A stretch of 44,376 nt of DNA, taken from the NCBI GenBank assembly GCA_964603435.1, contig CAZRUM010000001.1, positions 27,045 through 71,420 of the forward strand, read 5' to 3'. A model generated the notes under the pieces. The model ran no database searches. It was not told the DNA's origin and saw nothing but the letters and a program-made list of their open reading frames with translations. Position 1 is the first letter of the stretch; every line of letters begins with the position of its first letter. The DNA is from an uncultured Gammaproteobacteria bacterium (lineage in GTDB: Bacteria; Patescibacteriota; Patescibacteriia; Magasanikbacterales; UBA922). Positions 37,747 through 44,376 of this stretch are shown one piece after another. Position numbers and translations under genes: made by a program.

Positions 37747-39066
37747 TTATATTGTAGTAGACTTTAGGCTGTTTGTCAACCTATCTATTCTAATCTTGTA
37801 AGAATCTATATCTAAATTTCCTGCCGCCCCTAAAGATACTTTTGATTTTAAATTATTTTCAACATCCACCTCGTAATCAGCAAACTTTTCAGATGCTTGC
37901 TTGTAGGCATCTCTGAACGGTAGATTCTCTTTCAAAACCAACTCGTTTGCATAATCTGCCATAAAAATATCTTTATTGATATTACTCTTTATTTCTTCTC
38001 CATTTGGTTTTATTCCCTTCAGTACCACACCTACAACCTCTATAGTATCTAGGATAATCTTAATGCTTTCAAATAAAGGTTTTTTCATAAGCTGGCTTTG
38101 TCTATTGTAACCAGAGACAATTCCATTATTCAGATTTTTTAACATCATTTGATTGGCCGAAATTACTTCTGCCTGACCTTTTACAATTTCCAGCACATCT
38201 AGATTTTTCTTGTGAGGCATAATACTCGAACCCGTCACGATATTATCATGAACTGAAAAATACTTACATTCTTGAGAGGTAAAAAACAACATGTCAGTAG
38301 CAAATCTCGACATTGTCATCATAACCTGAGACAGACCCTCCATCATCATACTCTCATACTTTCCTTTTCCCGCCTGACAATAGAGAGAATTGACTTGTAT
38401 ACTTGCAAAACCTAGATTCTCAGTTGTGTTTTTTCTATCAAGCGGGATATTCACTCCAAACCCAGCAGCAGAACCCAGAGGATTTTTGTCTATCAGTTTT
38501 TGTATTGAATCTAGATAATCAATATCATCTAGAATACTTTCCAAAATACTTGCCATATAATGTCCCACACTAGAAAGCATAGCTTGTTGGGTATGAGAAT
38601 AACCTGGTAGAGGTATCTGTTCGTGACTCTTAGCAAAGTTAAAAAACTTTTGTGCTAACCCCAAATAATTTTTCTTTACCTCTTTCAACTTATTTTTCAT
38701 ATAGAGTCTCATAGCTACCAAAACCTGATCATTCCTACTTCTGCCAGTATGAATTTTTTTACCCACGTCTCCCAGCTTTTCTACTAAATAATTTTCAATT
38801 ACAGTATGACAATCCTCATCTTCAATTTTTATTTCTATTTTCCCACCTTCCCAATCTTTTTTAATCTCACCTAGAGCTGTTTGTAATTGTTCATTTTCCT
38901 CACCCGAAATAATTCCTATTTTCTCCAACATCTTGGCGTGAGCCTGGCTAGCTTCTACATCATAAAGAAACAATTCTTTGTCCCAAATAAAATCTTCACC
39001 CACAGTATATTTTTCAATACTTGGGTGTAACACCACATCATCTTTTTGCCAAAGTTTTTTATTCAT
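37747..39066 (-). CDS. argH: Argininosuccinate lyase
   Basis: IHTGRSRNDQV, PGYSHTQQA, PLGSAAG, TGSSIMPHKKNLD, PFRDAY. Confidence 0.96.
   Translation of the reverse strand: MNKKLWQKDDVVLHPSIEKYTVGEDFIWDKELFLYDVEASQAHAKMLEKIGIISGEENEQLQTALGEIKKDWEGGKIEIKIEDEDCHTVIENYLVEKLGDVGKKIHTGRSRNDQVLVAMRLYMKNKLKEVKKNYLGLAQKFFNFAKSHEQIPLPGYSHTQQAMLSSVGHYMASILESILDDIDYLDSIQKLIDKNPLGSAAGFGVNIPLDRKNTTENLGFASIQVNSLYCQAGKGKYESMMMEGLSQVMMTMSRFATDMLFFTSQECKYFSVHDNIVTGSSIMPHKKNLDVLEIVKGQAEVISANQMMLKNLNNGIVSGYNRQSQLMKKPLFESIKIILDTIEVVGVVLKGIKPNGEEIKSNINKDIFMADYANELVLKENLPFRDAYKQASEKFADYEVDVENNLKSKVSLGAAGNLDIDSYKIRIDRLTNSLKSTTI
37751..37779 (-). promoter_or_regulatory. Promoter of Asn leader/tRNA-Asn, inside the argH 3' end
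   Basis: TTGACA-17 nt-TACAAT ending 8 nt before the leader ATG. Confidence 0.8.
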
Positions 39067-39071
39067 ATACT

Positions 39072-40346
39072 TTAATTCTTATTTAATTCACCTTCAAAAT
39101 CATAAACATTATAAGCTGTCTTTTGTGCCATAGTATATAACTCAATAAAACCAGGTGAAGCATTTTGATTGAATTTCGGATCTTTATTGAATGTTGCCAA
39201 ACTCTCATCAAACAAAGAATAAGGTGAAAACAAAGCTGTAACTGTAATATTACCTTTATACAATTTTATTTTTGCCTTACCTGCCACCTTTTTATTCTGA
39301 CTATTAATAAAAGCATGGATATGATACATGACTGGGTCATACCACTTGGCACCATAAGTAAGATATGACCATTTTGTATCCACAAATTCTTTCAGTTCAT
39401 TTTCCTCTCTGGTAGATACTAATTGCTCCAATTTTTTATGAGCTGAAATGAGCATTGAGGCACCAGGGTTTTCATATATACCTCTAACCTTAAGCCCCAC
39501 AATTCTATCTTCTATCAAATTGAAAACTCCTACCCCATGCTTTGCTCCAATTTTATTACACTCCATTATTATTTCGCTCAGTTTTTTCTTTTCACCATTT
39601 AGCGCTACAGGTATACCTTTTTTGAATTCAACTTCAATAATCTCGGCTTCATCTGCAGAATTTTCTACAGTTTGACACCATTGCAAAATATTTTCCAAAG
39701 GTGGTTCTAATTCTGGATTTTCTATTTCCCCACCCTCACCAGTATTACTCCACATATTTTCATCATAAGAATATGGTGAATCTTTTTTTTGCTTTACTTC
39801 AATACCGTGTTTAACGGCATATTCTAATTCTTCTTCCCTGCCCATACCCCACTCCCTCACCGGTGCAATTATTTTGATATCTGGATCAAGTGTAGTCATA
39901 TAACCCTCAAATCTCACCTGATCATTACCTTTGCCAGTACAACCGTGAGCTATTACCTGACAACCATGTTCCTTGGCAACTTTGATAGCCACCTTGGAAA
40001 TTACAACTCTACCCAAAGGGCAACCCAGTGCATAGCCACCCTGATAGTCAGCATTGGCTTTGATAGCTTCTGACAACATCACATCGGCAAATTCGTCTTT
40101 AGCGTCATACACAATCACCTCGCTAGCCCCTAATTTCAAACCCTTCTCCTTTATCTCTTCTAGATTATCAGCAGTTTGACCAATATCAATGGTAAGGGCT
40201 ACTACCTCACAATTATATTCTTCTTTTATCCACTTGAGCATGACTGAAGTATCAAGCCCGCCAGAATAAAGTAAAAGACATTTATCAAATTCACCTTTTT
40301 TAGCTTCATAAGAAGCAATTTTTTTGTAATTATTTTGTGTATCCAT
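39072..40346 (-). CDS. argG: Argininosuccinate synthase
   Basis: YSGGLDTS, HGCTGKGNDQVRFE, YSYDENMW, IEDRIVGLKVRGIYE. Confidence 0.97.
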   Translation of the reverse strand: MDTQNNYKKIASYEAKKGEFDKCLLLYSGGLDTSVMLKWIKEEYNCEVVALTIDIGQTADNLEEIKEKGLKLGASEVIVYDAKDEFADVMLSEAIKANADYQGGYALGCPLGRVVISKVAIKVAKEHGCQVIAHGCTGKGNDQVRFEGYMTTLDPDIKIIAPVREWGMGREEELEYAVKHGIEVKQKKDSPYSYDENMWSNTGEGGEIENPELEPPLENILQWCQTVENSADEAEIIEVEFKKGIPVALNGEKKKLSEIIMECNKIGAKHGVGVFNLIEDRIVGLKVRGIYENPGASMLISAHKKLEQLVSTREENELKEFVDTKWSYLTYGAKWYDPVMYHIHAFINSQNKKVAGKAKIKLYKGNITVTALFSPYSLFDESLATFNKDPKFNQNASPGFIELYTMAQKTAYNVYDFEGELNKN

Positions 40347-40435
40347 ATATTTCTATTATTAGATTAATTATACTATTTAGCTTACCAATACCATTGCCAA
40401 ATCGGTTATGATAAAAGATTTGCCTCACGACAAAT

Positions 40436-40465
40436 AAAAAACCTCTCTCGTAAGAGGAGGTTTTT
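40436..40465 (-). terminator. Attenuator terminator upstream of argG
   Basis: AAAAACCTC-CTC-TTAC-GAG-A-GAGGTTTTTT. Confidence 0.82.
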
Positions 40466-40486
40466 AAAGTTTGTAAATATACTAAA

Positions 40487-40546
40487 CTAACCAACTCTTA
40501 CGGAGAGGAACATACGACGACGGTTATTTAGTAAATAATTTTTCAT
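40487..40546 (-). CDS. Arg-containing leader peptide MKNYLLNNRRRMFLSVRVG
   Basis: 19-codon ORF with CGT-CGT-CGT; its CGTAAGAG is complementary to CTCTTACG of the terminator. Confidence 0.83.
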   Translation of the reverse strand: MKNYLLNNRRRMFLSVRVG

Positions 40547-40555
40547 AACAAATCT

Positions 40556-40584
40556 AGTTTAGCAACTATTTAATTTTATGTCAA
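40556..40584 (-). promoter_or_regulatory. Promoter of Arg leader/argGH
   Basis: TTGACA-17 nt-TAAACT with extended -10 TGC, ending 9 nt before the leader ATG; -35 overlaps the last recO codons. Confidence 0.78.
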
Positions 40585-41196
40585 GTTTACAATCTTACCC
40601 CAATCCCCAACTTTCCTATCAGTATTAAAAACCAAAGCTTTGTAAATAAAATTATGAACTTGTTTATTATATTCTAATTTACTTACAGCCTGCCAATTTC
40701 CCTCAGACAATTCTTTTAGCCCCACCTTCACACTAGCAGAGGCTTTTTCTAATTCTGTAATATCAAAACCTAACAAAATTAATAATTTAACAAAAAAACT
40801 ATCTAATAAAGTTTGATATTTAGATTCTGAAGTCTGAAGGCTAACGAATTCAAGCCAACTCAAAATTAAATTAAAAATATCTTGATCTTTCTCACCTTCA
40901 TGTAATATTTTATCGAGGGCTGACATTACAAACCCAGCTGATAAACTTTTTTGTAAATCACGTCTGATATTGGAAAAATAATTCACAGGCTGGGCTGCAC
41001 CGAGATACGCAATCCCCTTCCCAGAAATAATTTCTAAATCTACGAAAGAAAACGGCTCTAAATGAGCCGAATTTTTACTAGTTATTTTTTTTACTCCCCG
41101 TGCAAGAACTTCCAGTTTTCCTTTTTCTAAAGTATAGAATGAAATAATCTGATCGTTTTCTTTTATGTCACGGCGAGAGAGGATGAGAGATTGCAT
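40576..41196 (-). CDS. recO: DNA repair protein RecO
   Basis: ENDQIISFYTLEKGKLEVLARGVKKITSK, HLEPFS OB-fold N-terminus. Confidence 0.9.
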   Translation of the reverse strand: MQSLILSRRDIKENDQIISFYTLEKGKLEVLARGVKKITSKNSAHLEPFSFVDLEIISGKGIAYLGAAQPVNYFSNIRRDLQKSLSAGFVMSALDKILHEGEKDQDIFNLILSWLEFVSLQTSESKYQTLLDSFFVKLLILLGFDITELEKASASVKVGLKELSEGNWQAVSKLEYNKQVHNFIYKALVFNTDRKVGDWGKIVNLT

Positions 41197-41199
41197 ATT

Positions 41200-41547
41200 T
41201 TAAATCTCAGTATATTTTTTATTATCACCTTTACATTTTTCTACTGGATATTTTTCTGCATTCTTTTTCATCTTCTGTTCTACGGCTTCAAAAATATCAA
41301 TGTTCAAGACTTTAGCTAATTCAAATAGATAAACTGCTACATCAGCCATTTCATCTTTGATATCATTATGCTTTTCTTTTACTCGTTTATCTAGTTTTTC
41401 GGCTGTCACCCATAAAAATAATTCGGACAGTTCGCTAGCTTCAATGGACAGGGCCATAGCCAAATCTTTGGGGTTGTGAAACTGACGCCAATCACGATCT
41501 TGCATAAACTTATCAATCATCTTAAGTGTTTCATCGTATCTATCCAT
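41200..41547 (-). CDS. MazG-like nucleotide pyrophosphohydrolase
   Basis: RDWRQFHNPKDLAMALSIEASEL, DEMADV, KNAEKYP; start at MDRY. Confidence 0.92.
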   Translation of the reverse strand: MDRYDETLKMIDKFMQDRDWRQFHNPKDLAMALSIEASELSELFLWVTAEKLDKRVKEKHNDIKDEMADVAVYLFELAKVLNIDIFEAVEQKMKKNAEKYPVEKCKGDNKKYTEI

Positions 41548-41548
41548 A

Positions 41549-41914
41549 TTATTTTTTATTATCCAAATAACCTCGTAAAATAAGCATGGCAGCTTTTTCA
41601 TCTCGACTGGCTTCTCCCTCCATTCTATCGGCCTGCGCTGAAGTAAAACGCTCGTCGACAAAAAATATTGGTTTATCTATTTTAGTTTTCAATTCACCCA
41701 CAAATTCATTTACCCTATCAGTGTTTTTATTTTCCTTTGCATCCAAACCAAAAGGCATTCCAAATACTATTTTGTCTATATTTTCTTTTTTAATAACAGA
41801 CACTAATTCTTCCAAACCACCAACTACACCAAAAGGCAAGACAACATCAAGACCAACTTGCATCCAAGCAAGGCCCGTGCGTTTTTTTCCATAGTCTACA
41901 CCAAGTATATTCAT
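41549..41914 (-). CDS. yqgF: YqgF/RuvX nuclease
   Basis: LGVDYGKKRTGLA, GMP, VDERFTS, DEKAAMLIL. Confidence 0.92.
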   Translation of the reverse strand: MNILGVDYGKKRTGLAWMQVGLDVVLPFGVVGGLEELVSVIKKENIDKIVFGMPFGLDAKENKNTDRVNEFVGELKTKIDKPIFFVDERFTSAQADRMEGEASRDEKAAMLILRGYLDNKK

Positions 41915-41916
41915 AA

Positions 41917-42750
41917 TTATTTTAATTCTTGAGGTCTTCTAGTTACAACCATAGGACCTGTCTTTGTAATAACAATAGTATGTTCCTGATGAGAACAAAG
42001 CTTTCCATCTACTGTAGAAATACTCCAACCATCATCAGCTGTTTTTACATGATAATCACCAATAGTAATCATCGGTTCAATCGCGATTACCACACCTTCT
42101 TGTAAAACATAACTTTCTAAATTTTTATCATAATAATTTGGTACACGAGGATCTTCATGAACACTATGACCTACACCATGCCCAACCAAATCACGCACGA
42201 TACCATAACCCTGAGGCTCCACCCAAGATTGAATTGCTTTGCCAATATCTGCCACTGTATTTCCAACCTGACATTGTTCTATACCAATTTCCAAAGCCTT
42301 TTTTGTAACGGCAATTAATTGTTTAGTTTTCTCTGGCACCTCACCCACAACAACTGTGATAGCAGTGTCAGTGTAATATCCATTTCCATTCTCTCCAACT
42401 GGCTTGCCCGCCGTAGCTTTAGCAGAGGTGGGCCATTGCATACCAATATCAATACTGAAGATATCACCATCATTTAATACTTTATCTTTAGTAGCAATAC
42501 CATGTACTAACTCTTCATTTTTGGAAGCACAAATGGTAGATGGAAAAGGAGGGTCACTTTTTCTCCCTTTATACCCCTTAAAAGCTGGTCTTCCTCCAGC
42601 TTCTTTTATAAGACGCTCTGCTTCTACATCAACATCCCAGGCAGTTATACCTGGTTTTACCATATCTCCCAATTTTTCTAAAATTTCCCCCAAAATTTTA
42701 CCACCTTGTTTAATTTTCTCTATTTCTTCTTGTGATTTTATATAGCTCAT
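41917..42750 (-). CDS. map: Methionine aminopeptidase type I
   Basis: VHGI, SIDIG, DTAIT, GHGVG…HEDP, AIEPM, HQEHT. Confidence 0.96.
   Translation of the reverse strand: MSYIKSQEEIEKIKQGGKILGEILEKLGDMVKPGITAWDVDVEAERLIKEAGGRPAFKGYKGRKSDPPFPSTICASKNEELVHGIATKDKVLNDGDIFSIDIGMQWPTSAKATAGKPVGENGNGYYTDTAITVVVGEVPEKTKQLIAVTKKALEIGIEQCQVGNTVADIGKAIQSWVEPQGYGIVRDLVGHGVGHSVHEDPRVPNYYDKNLESYVLQEGVVIAIEPMITIGDYHVKTADDGWSISTVDGKLCSHQEHTIVITKTGPMVVTRRPQELK
42406..42433. repeat. In-frame palindromic insertion in map (PTSAKATAG)
   Basis: GCCCGCC-GTA-GCT-TT-AGC-AGA-GGTGGGC hairpin in the loop between the two metal-binding Asp residues. Confidence 0.68.
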
Positions 42751-42758
42751 ATGTATAA

Positions 42759-42787
42759 ATCATACCAAATTTAAATCTTTTTTTCAA
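42759..42787 (-). promoter_or_regulatory. map promoter (near-leaderless)
   Basis: TTGAAA-17 nt-TATGAT ending 8 nt before ATG. Confidence 0.6.
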
Positions 42788-42892
42788 TAGTAACTACTTA
42801 TCAACAGGAACCCTAAACAAAAGCCAAAAACTATGTTAAACTATTGCACATCAAAACTCGTATCATTGGGTAGATATAGAATTTTGATAGCA

Positions 42893-43012
42893 AAAAACGG
42901 ACTGTATATCCGTTTTTATAACCCCGCTCTTTGTACAAGATATCTTACCGTAACCGTTCTACGAACGAGGGAAAAAATGCTAGCACATTCCCCCGAGGTA
43001 GGGCGGTTTTTG
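42893..43012 (+). ncRNA. Candidate structured RNA between adk and map
   Basis: AAAAACGGA/TCCGTTTTT hairpin, then CCGCTCT/AGGGCGG stem plus T-tract enclosing CGTTC-TAC-GAACG and GGGAA…TTCCC arms. Confidence 0.4.
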
Positions 43013-43020
43013 GTTTCAGT

Positions 43021-43064
43021 TGTCATTCCAACACTGAGAGAAACGAAGGGGAGGAATCCTTTTC
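43021..43064. repeat. Solo REP-like copy of the GIY-YIG-associated repeat family
   Basis: TGTCATTCC…GAGGAATCCTTTTC matches the ends of the 12707-12740 arm. Confidence 0.65.
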
Positions 43065-43142
43065 TAATGAAATAAAAAATATATAAAACTCAACAAACTT
43101 TAAATAACCAACTCGGCACTTTTACTTTTTAAAAAAACAAAA

Positions 43143-43805
43143 TTATTTCTCTAAAATTTTAAATAAATCTTTTTCTACTTCTGAAATTCTAAGCTCACCG
43201 TCAATAGTTTCCAAAACACCAAGTTCACGATAATAATCTAAAATTGGCTGAATAGCTACATTACCCTGCTCCACAATTCTCTTCTTGGCAGACTCTGGAT
43301 TGTCATCATCACGTACAACCAATTCTCCGTCGCATTCAGGACACTTAGTCTTCTTTTCGTTCTCAAGTGAGTAAAACAGTATATAACCGCAGGAAGAGCA
43401 AATTTTGCGCTTTGTGAGGCGTTTGAGACTGGTCTCATCTGACAAAGAAAGCTCTAAAACTAGAATTTCACCTAATAACCCTTTATCCTTAAAATACTCT
43501 TGGTACCTTTTGGCTTGTTCAACATTCCTTATGGCACCATCCAAAAGTACACCCTTGCCAGCGTCTAAATTTTTATCCATCTCTGCAAAAGCTAATTTGT
43601 AAATAAGATCATCAGCCACTAGCTTACCGGCTTTCATATCAGCTAGTTTTTGTTTATCTATTGGATCTGCATTTTCATCTTTATCAAGCGCACGCAACAA
43701 ATCTCCAGTTGAGATATGAGCATAACCATTTTTTTCAACAATCTTTCTAGCCTGTGTCCCCTTTCCACTACCAGGCACTCCCATAAGGATAATAATACGT
43801 TTCAT
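43143..43805 (-). CDS. adk: Adenylate kinase with zinc-binding LID
   Basis: GVPGSGKGTQA, HISTGDLLR, CSSC…CPEC, RDDD. Confidence 0.93.
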   Translation of the reverse strand: MKRIIILMGVPGSGKGTQARKIVEKNGYAHISTGDLLRALDKDENADPIDKQKLADMKAGKLVADDLIYKLAFAEMDKNLDAGKGVLLDGAIRNVEQAKRYQEYFKDKGLLGEILVLELSLSDETSLKRLTKRKICSSCGYILFYSLENEKKTKCPECDGELVVRDDDNPESAKKRIVEQGNVAIQPILDYYRELGVLETIDGELRISEVEKDLFKILEK

Positions 43806-43860
43806 ATATTTATAATATATTTTTATAATAGTTAAATTAATTTATCTTAGATATTCCTCA

Positions 43861-43979
43861 AATTTCTAATTACTAATTTTCAATTTCTAATCAAATATTA
43901 ATGTCAAATTATTAATTTTGAAAATTGAACATTTTGATTTTTATTAGGTGAATTAGATATTAGGTGAATTAGTAATTTT
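43861..43979. repeat. AT-rich heptamer inverted-repeat element
   Basis: AATTTCT-AATTACT-AATTTTC-AATTTCT on the left; complementary units such as AATTAGTAATT on the right. Confidence 0.6.
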
Positions 43980-44279
43980 CTAGTTATATTTTTGAAAATA
44001 ATCTTGAAAAACTTTCATCAGTCCATTTCTATCTGCCACACTAATCTTATATTTATTTTTAAGTTTGGTTAAGGCTTCATAAATTTGAAATAAAGAAATC
44101 TTACCATCACCATGTCGACGTTGCATTATGGTACTTTCTACCAAATCTTCTTCTCCATCAGTTAAACTTTTAACCTTAACTTGAGAAACCAAAATTTTAA
44201 TTTGCTGAGCTGATAAAGCGTGTTCTGTTTTTGAATATTTACTTGAAGTAGAACCAAAAACCATTGAAAATAATCCCAT
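43980..44279 (-). CDS. Hypothetical protein (99 aa)
   Basis: ATG ORF with an upstream TTGATT-17-TATACT promoter. Confidence 0.72.
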   Translation of the reverse strand: MGLFSMVFGSTSSKYSKTEHALSAQQIKILVSQVKVKSLTDGEEDLVESTIMQRRHGDGKISLFQIYEALTKLKNKYKISVADRNGLMKVFQDYFQKYN

Positions 44280-44343
44280 ATCTTATTGTATTAAGTAAAA
44301 TTAGTATAGCATTTTTTATAACGCTAATCAAGGCTTTTATAAA

Positions 44344-44376
44344 TAAAAACATCCGTATATTTACGGATGTTTTTTA
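44344..44376. terminator. Intrinsic terminator at window end
   Basis: TAAAAACATCCGTA-TATT-TACGGATGTTTTTA. Confidence 0.75.

Noticed and set aside
42833-43075. 80-aa plus-strand ORF
   Set aside because: It reads through hairpins and a REP-like repeat, so it is probably spurious.
1-44376. CRISPR array, rRNA, prophage, integrase or IS transposase
   Set aside because: No regularly spaced repeats or diagnostic genes were seen.

Overview
AT-rich bacterial chromosome segment using the standard code (TGA is a stop). Gene content and style suggest a Patescibacteria/CPR genome, possibly Magasanikbacteria-like; this is inferred from two-TM pilin fusions, scarce Shine-Dalgarno sites and a minimal AspRS. 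Most genes are housekeeping (recG, der, pth, dprA, folC, topA, rel, parAB, scpAB, aspS, asnS, argGH, recO, yqgF, map, adk), plus three tRNAs (Arg-GCG, Leu-CAA, Asn-GTT). The main discovery, missed by the ORF track, is two nearly leaderless leader-peptide transcription attenuators of identical design. MKLLNNNNNNNNTACGM sits directly upstream of the tRNA-Asn gene and MKNYLLNNRRRMFLSVRVG sits upstream of argGH; each has a good sigma70-type promoter plus mutually exclusive antiterminator and terminator hairpins. Other highlights are two pilin-anchored multi-hydrolase fusions beside a DsbA gene, an AftA-like arabinofuranosyltransferase next to a GT2/GT-C fusion, and several promoter-terminator-bounded candidate sRNAs. 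There are also a decayed GIY-YIG element between parA and parB with gene-less relatives elsewhere, and palindromes inserted in frame in recG and map. All calls come from reading motifs by eye; no searches were run.
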